Shown: positions 13,881-26,567 of the stretch, piece after piece
Numbering within the stretch: the stretch's first letter is position 1
Layout: the number at the start of each line of letters is the position of its first letter
From: Flaccisagitta enflata
Taxonomy: Eukaryota
DNA length: 64,000 nucleotides
Direction of reading: 5' to 3'
Assembly (NCBI GenBank): GCA_965153355.1
Contig: OZ231126.1
Span: 20,336,001-20,400,000, forward strand
The notes under the pieces: model-generated
The model's input: only the letters and a program-made list of their open reading frames with translations
What the model was told of the DNA's origin: nothing
The model's database searches: none
Made by a program: the position numbers and the translations under genes

Positions 13881-16800
13881 ATGCATTGCTCCTGTAACCC
13901 AACGCACACGGCAATGGAGCTACCATCGATGAGAGTTCGCAACCCAAACACGGAATCAAGCGTCACTGCGGGCGGTGCGCAATCTACTTCCTCTTCCTCC
14001 ACTTCTTCTGGCGAGCGTTGCCAAGTCAGCTTCACCGACCTGTCGGATTCTGGGAAATTCTCCGCAACTTTAAAAGGCGACGTCGAGGGCTTTCAGAGGC
14101 AGCCTCTGAGACAAAAGCAACAACATAGTCCGGTTCCCTCTCAGCAGCATCTTAACCCGCTCTTTGATTTGCCGGATACTTCCCCGTCTGCTACACCAGA
14201 TAACGGCCAAGAGCAAAAGTCACCGATGGATAGAACGACTAAGGATGTAGGTGGCGGCGGCGGCGGCGGAGATAGCCATGCCGAAAGCGGCGGCGGCGTC
14301 AATCCTTCCAAGGCGGCCTTTTCCGCCATCCCCTTGGCGTTGTCAGAGAAGCCGTCTTTAAGCAAGCGGCAGTCGACGAAGCAGTTGCTCAAACCCAAAA
14401 ACGCTTTAGAAGTGGAAGTCGGGTCTCGAGATACGATGGAGAAAATCGCCATCCGCTTCCGGACCACGCCGTCGGAAATCTGCAAAATGAACAAAATGGC
14501 CTCCAGAATGATTTTCCCAGGGCAGATTTTGTTCGTGCCGGATCCCGACGCCAGTCCCGTCACTCCATCGCCTACGAAAGAGCCCGAAGCTGTCGCCGTC
14601 GACGTCATGTTTCCCGCCGCCGCGGCGATCGATGATTCCCAACATCCCGGTAAAGCTGGCGCCGGCGCTAATAACGAAGCCGGCGAAGTTACTACGAAAA
14701 TGCCATCGCTTCCTTCTTTACCGTCGTTTACCTCCGTCACGGCCATCACAGGCGGCGTCACGGAAGCTTCGAAAGACGCCGGCGCCGCGGCTTCTTCGCA
14801 ATTCACCAGCCTCATTTCCAAACTCAACCCCGCCACCGCCATCTCCCGAACATCGCTGCGGAAGAAGAAAAACGGTCAGGATGATGGAAATAAAAACAAC
14901 AACAAAGGTTCATCCAGCGGCGGCGCCGTTGCCGCCGCCGATGTGGATCCGGATCAAGAATGCCTAGAAAGATTTCTCAAATTGGACGCAAAGTACATCA
15001 CCGACGGTCGCGGCGTCGTCGCCGGCACTTTGCTCGTTACACCCAACGCCATCATGTTTGATCCTCACGTCATGGACCCTTTGGTCATCGAACATTCCGC
15101 CGAAGAGTATGGAGTCATGGCGCCGATGGAGTGCGTCATGAACGCCACTCTTTACCACGACATATCCCGCATGAGCGTGGAAGGAAAAGAAAAGCGTAGC
15201 GGTAGTCAGCTCTCGCCAGCGTATCGCGGGGATATGACTGACGAAAGCGTTACTCCCGACACGGCCATAGGTGGGCTCAAGGCGGTGCCGACGGAGCAAA
15301 GACTCTCCGTAGCTTTGGGAGAGAAAGCTTCCGGAACCAATATTGGCGCTCGTCGAGGCCTCGGTCCTTCAAACGGCGGTTCCTCCAAGGAATCGAGTGG
15401 ATCGCACGCGTCTGCTGCATCCTCGAATGAAGGAAAGAATAAGTCCGACGCCGCCTCTTCCAACAAGCAATATCTAGTCAATGCCACTCCCGCGATTCCC
15501 GTTTTTGAACTGGACGATTCCGTGTTTGAGACGCCGGGAAAGTCACAGATCTCGTCGGCGGAGTCTCGAGGCGCTCTCGTTGATTCTGCTTCTCCGAAAG
15601 TATTAACGGGCGACGATTTAGGACTATCCGTCGGCCAAATCGAGATTTCCGTCACTCAATCCTCCCAGCTTACTAACGCAGATACTCCTACTAAGTCAAC
15701 GCTTACTGTTACGTCACAATCTTCGTCTTGTACAACTATCAGCACCGCGACTAATCAAAGCACCACGCAGCAGCAACAGCAATCACGTACAATAACTGAC
15801 GAGGGAGTTACGAAGTCCATCATTCGGGCACCAGATGGCGATGATATGCGCCAAGATGTCGTTGGTGCCTCCGTCGACGCGGTTGGTACCACGATCTCGG
15901 CCGGCGCCACCGTCTGGTACGCGGATTTGTCGATCAACTCCTCATCGGAATTTCAATGCGCTTCGTCATCGTCGATGGGTTCATCATCCGGCGGCATTCA
16001 TTTGGAAAACGCCGTCGATCCGGCCATCACCGAGCATCTGTTCAACAAGGAATTCGTTTCATCCTCTTCATCGTCGGGCTCCGCCGCCACCGACATGGTT
16101 GTTGCCACTTCGACGAATCCTCTTCCGCAGCCGCCGATGTTCCTCTGCCTCAAAGTGGGACAACCGCTCAACAAACGAGTCTCGTCGTCTGGGCCGATCG
16201 CGTCTTACGCGAAAAAGAAGAAGCGGCCAGAATATTGGTTTTCCATACCTAAAGATCGCGCTCCTCGTCTCTACGCCTTTTTCTTACAGTGGACGCCGGA
16301 AGTGTACGACAATCGAGACGACGATCAACATCAACAGGCCTTTGTCGTCAACGGCAATTTGGGCGATGAAGGCGATGATGCGAACGACGACGATTTCCTC
16401 AAGCAGTTGGTCGCTAAAGAATGGGAGATCATCAACACCGACGAAATCGAGCGGCGCAGATCGGTTCTCATGTCGGAAGACTCGATGATGAGTTTGATGC
16501 CGGAAATCATCGGCGCATCGGCCATATTCGACGAAGATATGGTGAAGAAAATCCACGAGGTACTGCCGGCGCGCACCGTCGGCTACCCTTGGAATCTCGT
16601 CTTTTCCACGGAAGAAAACGGATTTTCCTTGAACTCCTTGTACCGGAAAATGGCCGCCTTGCCTCAAGGTCCCGTGCTCATGTTTATCAAGGACACCAAC
16701 GACAAAGTATTCGGCGCTATGTCTTCTTGTTCGTTTATTGTCAGCGATCATTTCTACGGCAACGGCGAAATGTTTCTGTTTTCCCTCCTCGACGATGGAG

Positions 16801-17021
16801 AATTAAAGCATTGGCCGTGGTCCGGCGAAAACAGCTTCTTCATCAAAGGCAACAAGGAGAGTTTGGCCATCGGCGCAGGCGAAGGCTTATTCGGCCTTTG
16901 GCTCGACGAGGACTTGTATCACGGCAGGAGCCATCCCTGTTCCACTTTTGGCAACGATTGTCTCTCTTCTAAGGAGGATTTTGTAATCAAGGCGTTGGAA
17001 ATTTGGGCCTTTTTGTCGTGA
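13881..17021 (+). CDS. OXR1: Oxidation resistance 1 / NCOA7 / mustard-like protein (LysM, GRAM-like and C-terminal TLDc domains), single-exon CDS of up to 1046 aa
   Basis: LysM-like VGSRDTMEKIAIRFRTTPSEICKMNKMASRMIFPGQILFVP; GRAM-like YITDGRGVVAGTLLVTPNAIMFDP; TLDc LPARTVGYPWNLVFSTEENGFSLNSLYRKM...FYGNGEMFLF...FGLWLDEDLYHGRSHPCSTFGN...LEIWAF. The start could be either ATG 13881 or ATG 13914. Confidence 0.95.
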   Translation: MHCSCNPTHTAMELPSMRVRNPNTESSVTAGGAQSTSSSSTSSGERCQVSFTDLSDSGKFSATLKGDVEGFQRQPLRQKQQHSPVPSQQHLNPLFDLPDTSPSATPDNGQEQKSPMDRTTKDVGGGGGGGDSHAESGGGVNPSKAAFSAIPLALSEKPSLSKRQSTKQLLKPKNALEVEVGSRDTMEKIAIRFRTTPSEICKMNKMASRMIFPGQILFVPDPDASPVTPSPTKEPEAVAVDVMFPAAAAIDDSQHPGKAGAGANNEAGEVTTKMPSLPSLPSFTSVTAITGGVTEASKDAGAAASSQFTSLISKLNPATAISRTSLRKKKNGQDDGNKNNNKGSSSGGAVAAADVDPDQECLERFLKLDAKYITDGRGVVAGTLLVTPNAIMFDPHVMDPLVIEHSAEEYGVMAPMECVMNATLYHDISRMSVEGKEKRSGSQLSPAYRGDMTDESVTPDTAIGGLKAVPTEQRLSVALGEKASGTNIGARRGLGPSNGGSSKESSGSHASAASSNEGKNKSDAASSNKQYLVNATPAIPVFELDDSVFETPGKSQISSAESRGALVDSASPKVLTGDDLGLSVGQIEISVTQSSQLTNADTPTKSTLTVTSQSSSCTTISTATNQSTTQQQQQSRTITDEGVTKSIIRAPDGDDMRQDVVGASVDAVGTTISAGATVWYADLSINSSSEFQCASSSSMGSSSGGIHLENAVDPAITEHLFNKEFVSSSSSSGSAATDMVVATSTNPLPQPPMFLCLKVGQPLNKRVSSSGPIASYAKKKKRPEYWFSIPKDRAPRLYAFFLQWTPEVYDNRDDDQHQQAFVVNGNLGDEGDDANDDDFLKQLVAKEWEIINTDEIERRRSVLMSEDSMMSLMPEIIGASAIFDEDMVKKIHEVLPARTVGYPWNLVFSTEENGFSLNSLYRKMAALPQGPVLMFIKDTNDKVFGAMSSCSFIVSDHFYGNGEMFLFSLLDDGELKHWPWSGENSFFIKGNKESLAIGAGEGLFGLWLDEDLYHGRSHPCSTFGNDCLSSKEDFVIKALEIWAFLS

Positions 17022-17755
17022 GAATATTGCGTCGATTTAAGTTGGCGAAAATAATCTACATTGATGTTTCCGTTTAGTTGCGTCCAAATTGCATTATTCT
17101 TTTAATCTAGAATCAACATGAGGAATTGAGGGGATATAAATATTTTTTATCATTTTTTCAAGGGTGTATATGGTTACATGACCTTCTGAGTAATTTCTCC
17201 CCCCCCCCCTTGCTTTTGATTTTCTTCTTTGCGCTGTTGGGTAGCCTAACAGCGTTACAAAATCTGATTTTCCTCCCCATATAGCTATAAAACCATATCT
17301 GTCAGGTTCAAACAGTGTTAAATTGTGTTTTACTAATCAATTTTTTTACTTGGTACTGTCAAAAGTTTTATTTTCCCCGAATTTTCTTTTTTTCTTTTTT
17401 TCCCCTTTAGATTTCCATCTTAATCTCTAAACCTTTTGATCAATTCTCCCCCCCCTTCCCCTGTGGGGGGAGGAGGGAATGTGGAACTTTATACAGACCT
17501 GCATTTTTTAAAGCACAATGAAATTTTAAAGAATAGGTGAAAAAAATATGTTTGAGCCTCGAGTCTGGTCTGATTTTGATAAAGTTATTTACTATTTAAA
17601 AAACGCATCTTAAAACAAACTTAAGGATGCTGTTTTAATTAGATTTTACACTAGAAAGTGTTTTTCCAGTTTTTAGTACCGTCGGATTAGAAAAAAAAAC
17701 AATGAATGAATTGATGAGAGAAAAAAAAAGAAAGCAATAAAGAAAGATAGAAAAA

Positions 17756-17795
<40 letters not shown>

Positions 17796-17802
17796 AATAA
17801 GA

Positions 17803-18021
17803 AGTGACGCGGGTCACATCATCGTTGCGGACGGGTGGGCAGGGGCATATTAACATCATCCATACCCTACCCCACCCCATGCTCATACACACAGACAATC
17901 AAAACCGCAGCAGCATGCATGCAGCATAAATGCGCGTTTTCATACGTTTTAACTCGATCATCACGGACCAACGGACGGAAAAGCCTCTTATAGATTTGCG
18001 TGTTCGCAACTAAAAAGAAAT

Positions 18022-18087
<66 letters not shown>

Positions 18088-18249
18088 CGTCGCCAGCTAC
18101 GCGACTCTTCACCCCGCTTTGTCCGTGACACTACTTTTTTGGTTTTTGCGGTCTTTGGTCTCACTGCTCCTGCCAAAATTATCAAGTGACCCCAAATATA
18201 GCTCCTGCCCAGTGCCCACCCGCACGCGACTGGGGTATCCGGTCTTGTT
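17803..18249. mobile_element. Two oppositely oriented HINE-like elements flanking an (AG)n tract
   Basis: About 17803-18015 ends TATAGATTTGCGTGTTCGCAACTAAAAA. About 18082-18249 starts TTTTTCGTCGCCAGCTACGCGACTCT and ends CACGCGACTGGGGTATCCGGTCTTGTT. Confidence 0.6.
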
Positions 18250-18859
18250 TTGCTTGTAAAACGTACCTAACACTACAAGTGAGTACCAAATTTCATCAGC
18301 AATTTCGACAGTCTTCCGTTTAATTGCAAAAAGACAAACTTCCGTTCCCCCGAGCTCATAACCACTCAGGCAGTCAAGCCCCATTCTTTTTAACGCGGGG
18401 GGAAAAATCGAAATCTCTAGAATCCTCATTAGAAAAGAAAAGAACTAGAGTAGAGAAACGAGGACGACGAAGAGCACATAGAAATCATCTCACTAACTCT
18501 GATTGGACGACCTTGCTTCGTTTCAGCTTGCGATTGGCTGCGTCAAAGGCGCTTGCCAATCTATAATATCCTCTTCATCATCATCGTCAGCATCGATTCT
18601 TCTCTTTGAAAAACACGATTTTGCTTCATTTCGAACGCAGCGCACATGGCTTTCGATACCTGTTCGACCGTTCTTTCATCTATAAATTTTTCCGTCATTA
18701 CTCATCATGAAAAGTAAGTAAATTATTTAAAAGAGCGCCTCAAAATTTGGGGGAATTTAACGGTCTGTCATTGATGGTTCAGACGGGGCAGAAAAAGAAA
18801 TAATTGAATCGACTGACCGACGACGGAGTAAAAGTAATCGCCGAAATATTTTAGGGATT

Positions 18860-19455
18860 TTATCACGCCGAGAACACCCCACTATGGAGGGGTGTGGGAG
18901 AGAATCGTTGCTCTCTTTAAGCGCCATCTTGCTTCCATCTCAACTGGCGCCATCCTCCACGTCGACGCCTTCAACACTGCCGTCGTCGAAGTTGAAGGAA
19001 TTCTCAATCGCCGTCCTCTGACAGCGCTCAGCGATGATCCAAATGAATGACTCTGAGGCCCCTTACACCGAAATCATATCCTCAATCCATCAACATCCGG
19101 CCATGCCCTCTTAGATCTGGAGAAACAAGGCGTCAATTCTGACGTCGACTCCGCGAAGATTCAACGGAGGCGTATGCAATCGCGTGTGGATGCATTTTGG
19201 AAATCCTGGAGGGTCGAATATTTGTCGCTTCTTCATGCGCGAAGCAAATGGTCGAGATCTGAGAAAGACTTTGCGGTGGATGACATGGTCATCGTCATGG
19301 ACGAAACGCTACCTCGTCACAATTGGAGCTTAGGACGTGTCATGGGCGTCGAGGGTTCGTCAGCCCATGTCCGGAGGGCTCACATCCGGCGCCAAGATGG
19401 AAAGATCGTGACGAAAGACCGCACGAAGCTCGTGCGGCTGGAATTGGACTCATAA
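18860..19455 (+). mobile_element. 5'-truncated BEL/Pao LTR retrotransposon: frameshifted integrase core end and C-terminal (DUF5641-type) region
   Basis: TPHYGGVWERIVALFKRHL...VEVEGILNRRPLTALSDDP (stop and frameshift near 19048-19075), then FWKSWRVEYLSLLHARSKW...VDDMVIVMDETLPRHNWSLGRV...VRRAHIR. These motifs are typical of BEL/Pao pol C-termini. Confidence 0.9.
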
Positions 19456-19577
19456 AAAAAACGCTAAGTTTTGAGAGAGAGAGAAAAAGGCGCATGGGCC
19501 TGTCCATTAGTAACTATAGATATGAGTGATTGATACTCTGACTTGTTATATTTACAAAGAGTTGTTATTATTCATAT

Positions 19578-21909
19578 TTGGTTCTGATTATCCATGCTTT
19601 CATCTTTCCTCTTGTCAATTATGTTGTCCATTTCCATTTACACATCAAAACACTGATTCATTCGCCCTGTCTATATGTACATATTATTGTGCCAAATCCG
19701 TTCTTACCTTTATCAGTTCTTCAATACGAACATTTCAAAGCTTCCGCTGACGACGTCATTCCATCTACGAAGTCAGTTCGCATCTTGAAGTCGCTCGTCG
19801 GAGTCAAGATGTCCCGTCAGCAGCGTCTCGAGGCCGAAGCCGACGTGTCGACGTCGCACGGGTCCTTGGATCTTCATCGACTCTTCAACGACGGCTCGAC
19901 TCGAGAGGGATCTGCGTCCACGACGTCGTTCGGGGCGGAGGAGGAGGCTGTCGCGCTGGCAGCCTTCAATGGCGACCTTCGTTCCGTCGTCGACGCAAAA
20001 ATGGCGAATAAAAAGCGTCAACAAGATGATGCGTTGGTAAATCGTCAACAGCCATCCAACGCCGTTGATCCCGCGTCGCTTCCTCCATTGGTGGTCATCA
20101 AAGATGGAGGTTCGAGGCGGATTGCGATCAATCGGCCGCCGACAGACTTATCCACCACTTCCGCGGCGGCGTCATCATCATCGGATTTGCCCCCATCGCC
20201 TCGCCAATTCTGCCTTGATTTCGGTCGCCCAGCGTCTCGTGATCAAGCGTCTGCAGCTGCACATCAACGCAGCGGGGGCGAAGAGAGAGAGAGATTGGTC
20301 AATGATGGAGCAAGAGTGGAGGAGGAGGGGATGGAAATAGAGGAGGAGGTGTTGGTGAATGGGGAGGTGGTGGAGAAAGGCATTGACCCGGAAGTGGACA
20401 CTGCGACGCCGGAAGAGAAACACCAACGGATGCAGGCGCGTTGGTGGTATCGTATCATCAGTCCGGACGTCGAAGTATCTCTCCTCTTCAAAGAGTTTGA
20501 AAAACTTTCAGTATGCTGCAACAAACAAACTCTCATGCGCTCATCGGCTAATCAAACAGAGCTTGGCTCGGAGACTCTGGAGCGCAAAATCCAAAGCAAC
20601 AAAAGAAGGAGGGAGCATGATAAGGAGGTTCGTCGCATGGTCCAGGCGACGAAGAGGAAGAATGCGGCTCCGAAGCCTCCTGGTGCAACTGCTGTCGACG
20701 CTTCCGCAACTCCACCAGCGGTATTCGTGCTCGACGCAGCCGCAGCTACATCAGCGGCAATTCACTCTACAGCATCAGGAAGTCGTCAATCGCGCCCTGG
20801 ATTGGTTCATCCCCCAAATCAGCAGCAACAGGGTCCTCGTGACGTCACTCCCTCACAACAATCGAAGAGATCACGTCGGGGAAAGACTCCACAAACGCGC
20901 AATGTGCCGAGTCAACAAAAAGGGCCAGATTCCAAAAGCAAAGGCCCCCTTCAAGCGCCTCCAGGCGCGCCCCCTGCAGCAGTAACGCCCAAAGGCCAAG
21001 GAGAAGCTTCAAGTGGTTCGTCGACGGCAACGTTGGCAGCAACCCAGAAGCTGGATCAGGCGCCTGGGGCAGCGGCAGCAAAGGGGAAGAAGACCAAGAG
21101 AGCTGGGAAGAAGCACAAAGCAGCAACCAAGGGAGGTTCTACTTGCGGTGCTTCGGCGTCCGCTGTTAAACCTCAAGTCTCTGGTCAGCAGACGGGAGCG
21201 TCTTCCTTTCACTCGCAGCCATCAAAAGCCGCGGTAGGAAGCGAACTAGTTGGCGGTGCTTCAGCATCTGTTAAAGCTGGTGTAGCGCCTCGTCAGCAAA
21301 CCGAGTCTGCCCAAGGTCTGCAGCAAGTGCAGAACCCGCCTCCCCCGTCGGATCCAGCCTTTGATCCTGCGCATGGACACCACATCGCCGAGTCATTGCT
21401 ACGAGAAGCCTCTTTACTGACCTCAAATGCTCCATTGGGGGTGGTGAAGAATTTAGCATCAAGGTTTCCAAAGACTTCTTCGCTGCTGCCCGCCGCAACG
21501 AGTTGAAGCGGCTCCAAGTCTTAGACGAGAGGATCTACGCAACATCCAAAAGGAGAGAGACGATGGTCGTCGAGCAGCAATGGCTGCGGACAATGAGGTG
21601 GTCAAAGGCAATAAGCGAGTCGTGGAACTGGAGAAGCAGCTTGAAAAGGAGAAGCAGGCCTGTGCGATGAAGGCTAAGAAGAAAGAGGAAGCGGTGGAAC
21701 GCGCAAAGGCGGCTATGGCCGTCGACTTTAAAACTGCGTCCGCTGTACGTCCGAAATTTCGACTGGCGCCGAATTGCGATGCAGCATCTCCACCTCCTGC
21801 GTCTTCTCCAGCAGAAAAGTCGGTCAGCAGATCCCGTCGCAAAGACGCTCCCAAGCCTGGGAATAAAAAAAATCGAACCAGGCCTTGGAAAAATCAGACC
21901 GCCAGCTAA
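19578..21909 (+). pseudogene. Long ORF of unknown function immediately 3' of the BEL/Pao pol remnant, probably an element-borne extra ORF with frameshifts near 21440 and 21530
   Basis: 642-codon open frame (first ATG at 19809), intronless, GC-rich, A/S/P/Q/K-rich. A coiled-coil-like continuation lies in shifted frames up to 21909. Confidence 0.5.
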
Positions 21910-24438
21910 ACGCTGATTGGTGCCACGCCCAGTTGCTGTTCACTTTAACTACCAATTTGCAACATGGCGTGGAGAGCCGCCATCCGCTGAGGATCGTATT
22001 CCACCATCACATCCTCATCCCATCGATGGACAGGCCGGCCAAGTCGGGGGCGCTACCCGGGGCGTGGGAATGACGTCCGCCCCGGGGCCTGGCGAAAAAC
22101 GCCCGCGTAAGTATCATGGTTTGGGAAGGGTTGAGGTTGAGTTTTTGTTGTAAATTTGAATCTGTGTACGATAAGAACTTTACTAATCAATCTGCCCCTG
22201 TTCTTTCTCTTTCTTCTTCTTCCCTTCGGGGAGGATTCACTTCAGACGGCTGCACCACCTGCGCCGATGCGGTCGCCGCGACGACATCACTATCGCCGCC
22301 CACGAGTTGACGAGGTGTTGGAGCCGGAATGACCCGCTCGTCTCTGTAATGGAGAAGGCGCAGGTGATGTGGCGTTCCATGATGCTTACTAATTTTTTCT
22401 TTTATTCAACAGATTGTTTTTATTATATAGTTAGTAATTTATTTAATTTTGTCTTGTTTTGTTTGGTTCTTTGGAACATGTACATTTTTGTTGTGTTTGT
22501 TTTAGACATGGTCTTTTTAGTCATTATTACGAATACTTTCGTATGACATGTTTTAGTAGAATGCCCCCACTTATCTTTTCCACTCTCAAGTCAAATCCCA
22601 GGCTTGGAGTGCCCAGGCCCGTTCCCCTTTCCCCTTCCTTAACTTTTTTCAGAACGTGCGCCTCAACCTCCTTCGTCGCCGCCTGCCTCCATCGTCATTG
22701 ATCGTTGCAAATTTGCTGGTGGTGGATCCTTTCCGGACGGGAATCATCATTCGTGCAGTCGCCGATCTATCTGTTGATAGTGTTAGGGTGGGGATGTAAG
22801 AGGTGTGGACGGGGAGTGGGAAGGGTTGTGTCTATGTAAATTTTTTTTTAAGGAAGGTAGTATCGGTTTTTTAGTAGGGTTTCCCCGACTGGAAACTGGG
22901 TGTTTGATTTTTGAGACTCGTGAAATTCCAAAATGGGGCAGAATGTTAGAAATGTATGTCTGTCCGTCTCTTAGGTGTGTGTGCCTTCTGTCTCTTTTGC
23001 GTGCTTTTGGCTTTTTCTCTTTCTCTACTATTCGATGCCCGTGTCTTTTGTTTCTTGCCATTTTTTATATTGAACGCTAGATGGCAAATCATATGGTTGC
23101 GCCTTGATTTTGTGCCATTTGTTTTTACTAATGAGGCAAATATACGTAACTGCCTTTCGTATCACCCAATTTTTGGATTGATTGATTTTATTTTAATTAT
23201 GGCATCGCTTCTAAAGTGATTGATTGATTTTTATGATCAAGAATGCGCCTGGAATTCACTAATTTCAATAATCTCTCATCTTTTATTGCAGATAAACTAA
23301 TGAACGGACAATTAACGCTAATCTGACATCGACAGACTGTGGGGTGAAACCAACGAAAGTGGGCCTAAAAGTAAGTTTTATAGACGTGTTTCTGCTTTTA
23401 TTAACGTTGTTTTTATCTTGTTCTCGGTCTGTTATTTTTGTCTTTTGCCTTTTGCATTTTTATCGCTGGATTTTAGTATGGTTTTACCGCTTGTCCGATC
23501 AGCTTGCTATAGGGATGATATGGATGAATTTAATGGGATGGGCCGGGGCAGGGGCAGGTATTATCAGGTGGCATGGGCTCTGAAGAAGATGAACATGTTG
23601 TCATGTGCTGTTTCTGTCCTTTATTGTGTCCTATCTCGATTTCATGTTATCTTTTGCGTTTGCTGATCACAATTAACGCCCACTTTCCCTTTCATTTTTC
23701 CCCCTCTCTTCAGTTGTTGAAATTTTTATGGAATAAACGAGACGATCGCCTTCCTATTTTCCAATCGGCCAACTTTCTTTCACCACAAGTCGTCAGTCAG
23801 ATAGACGCTCATAGACAGTGCCAGTTGAAACTCGTGGGCGTAATTTATAGTTACAGTCGTTGCCTTTTTTGGTGCCACAAAGCACCTCTATTGCTCTATA
23901 AATGGCTGTGTCCGTTGATTGGTTGGTCGGTCTGTCGGTCGGTTAACGCATTCATTCGATGATCCACACGTCGCACCTCTTTGGCTTACTTGGCCTTGTT
24001 CTTTTGGTTATTGTAGTACTTAAAGCTTTGGAAATTGTTGCTGTATTAAGTGATGTAGCTATCAATGCTTTACCCCTGTTCATTTTGCTCTTATTTCATC
24101 GCTTTTGTACTAGGCATAAATCAGTGTAACTGTTGATCAGTCAAAATCAAGACGGACTGACAGACTAACAGACAAAACCATGGAAGCATTTCAACGCCGT
24201 CAACGTGATTACCCAGATGCAACTCTGTCTTCACAGGATTCATCAGCCGGTTTACTTCCGCCCTCAGCCATCGAAGGCACTTCAAACTTTGGACCAACGC
24301 GAAAATTTGATCGGCATCCTTTTCCTTCAGCGGCGAGGTTCGAATAGAATTGAAACAAAAGAAACGGAAGACAAAATTGAACTCAAGAAACTAAGAAGAA
24401 CAAAACTTAACATGACTCAAAAGCCAACAAAATATCAC

Positions 24439-26567
24439 CTATTTCTTGAATTTCTCTGATCAAACGGTCAACTTCGTCGAGATCTTGCAAAGTCGAACTA
24501 AAATGGAAGTAAAATGGGTGAAAACAGACTGAAATAAAAAAGAAAACAAAATAGTAAATTTGAAAACAAATGAGAAAACAAAAACTTTTTTTCTTTTTTT
24601 TATCAGCCTCACCTCGCCGCCTGCGATTCCTTGCTTTCTTGTTCTTCCTCTTGAAGCTCCTTTTTGCCCGGATCCGCAAGTTCCTGAAAATGTCAATGCC
24701 AGTGCAAACAGATTTAAGTTTGTAACATCACCTTCAGCGATCGCGATGATGGTCATTATTTTTTAACTCATCCAACAGTCTTCACAATTACAACCGGCAA
24801 AATCAATCAGTATCAACCTAAACATTGAATGGGACCTGTCACAGTTCCATCTCAAATGGTTCCAAACCTTGATGACTGAGAATTCGTAAGGTTGATAGCC
24901 ATAGAAGGTTTCAGAGACGGCGCTGAGAGCGCGGGAGCTTTTCTCCAGAAAAGCGATGACGCAAGTTTGATACGACGTAAGCACATTCGAGAACATGTTG
25001 CATCGAGACGCCGCTGAGAGTACAAGTAACCAGAGGGAATTTGATATAAAACAATTACAAGAAGATATCAAGAAATGTAAATTCATATCAATTAAGGTGA
25101 ATTTTCGTTATTCCCGGTTCGTTTTATCGAGCACAGCCATCCAAACTTTGCTGTTCCCTTTTACAAGGTTCTAATGTTAAAAAATCTCAGGATTATGTCA
25201 AAATTGGGGGATTTTACCGTCCATTCTGTACTAGACCAATTTTGACCCAAGGAATCCAAATCTGCAGTCAGAAATGGTCTCAGGTCAATATTTCGATAGG
25301 CTACGGCTATATTCCTCAGGTCAAAATACTATATAAGGTCAAATTTTCAAAATTGGAAATTTGTCAATCTGATTGCAGATTCAAAATCCTTGGAAAAAAC
25401 TAATAAAAGAAAGTATCTTTCTTTTTTTGAAATTTTGATTAGAACATAGTTAAAATTAGCGTTAAACATCCAAAATAGAGTAAAATTGCTCTTTTGTCTA
25501 AATTCGGCCTAATTTTGACAGAAAATGTTAATTTTGACTATGTTCTAATCAAAATTTTGAAAAAAGAAAGACACTTTCTTCACACAGTTTTTTGCAAGGA
25601 TTTTGAATCTGCAATCAGATTGACAAATTTCCAATTTTGAAAATTTGACCTTATATAGTATTTTGACCTGAGAAATGTAGCTGTAGCCTATCGAAATATT
25701 GACCTGAGACCATTTTTGACTGCAGATTTGGATTCCTGGGGTCAAAATTGGTTTAGAATGGGATGGACGGTAAAATCCCACAATTTTGACATAATCCTGA
25801 GATTTTTTAGTTCTAATGTATTAGCTTCACTCATTGGTATCAACAAAGATCCATCGTTTCTCACCGAGCAAATCGATTTTCTGGATGCAATCGACTTTCA
25901 ACTTGTCGAACCGCGTTTTGGTCCTTCTCACTTGGCCTTGCACAGTCCTGAACTTTTCCAATTGCTTGTGCGTGTCGGGATCAAGATTTTCCGAGATGTC
26001 TTTCATCCACAGCAGCGCGGCGCGATACTCGGTCCGCGCCTTTTCCATACGCTGCAGCGTGACGGAGCAATCAGCGATGGCGCGTTGACGAAACGTTTCA
26101 ACCTCTTGCTGCAGACGCTGAAGCGGCGTGCGAATGCCGAGTCGCTGCTGCGCTGAATAGCTTTGAACTTTCCCGACGGCCGCCATCATTTTTCCGGCGC
26201 GCGATTTGTCGTTTTGCGAGTGAGTCTTGAGGAAGCGACCCATAGCGTTCTCTTCCCCGCTTAAACCGCAAATACGGTCTTGGTACTTCTCGAGGATGCG
26301 CAGCAGATCGATCGTCGTCGATTGGATCGAGTGAAACACTTCCAGTTTCGAGTCCAAGTCCGCGTCTCCGGCCACCACGTGTGTGTCCTCTTTACGATTG
26401 AATTTCTTTATTATTTTCTGCTTTGTTAACCAATATTCCTCCTTGATTTTGCCGATAGCCGAGTTCTCGTCTTGAGCGCCAGTGTGGCCGGATCCGGGAT
26501 ATCGGCTCGAGTAATGTCTGTCATAGGCGCCACCCCCATAGTAGCCGCTTCCCGTCCCGGAATACAT
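24439..26567 (-). CDS. ICA1: Islet cell autoantigen 69 (ICA69/ICA1-like), arfaptin-homology BAR domain protein; 3' end unresolved
   Basis: Exons 26567-25865, 25013-24868, 24683-24613 and 24497-24439, in phase. Motifs EDTHVVAGDADLDSKLEVFHSIQ, FRQRAIAD, RTEYRAALLWMKDISENLDPD, KIDLLAASRCNMFS and GYQPYEF. A further exon probably lies near 24120-24325. Confidence 0.92.
25178..25809. mobile_element. Fold-back MITE with 10-bp target-site duplication (Mutator/MULE-like), in ICA69 intron 1
   Basis: Inverted repeats of about 270 bp (TAAAAAATCTCAGGATTATGTCAAAATTG ... CAATTTTGACATAATCCTGAGATTTTTTA), flanked by GTTCTAATGT at both 25168-25177 and 25810-25819. Confidence 0.9.

Noticed and set aside
14141..16972. 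Multiple antisense and alternate-frame ORFs overlapping OXR1
   Set aside because: Expected shadow ORFs of a GC-rich coding sequence with no recognisable motifs. The same applies to shadow ORFs over SEC22B, ICA69, MFSD1 and the PRP4K exons.
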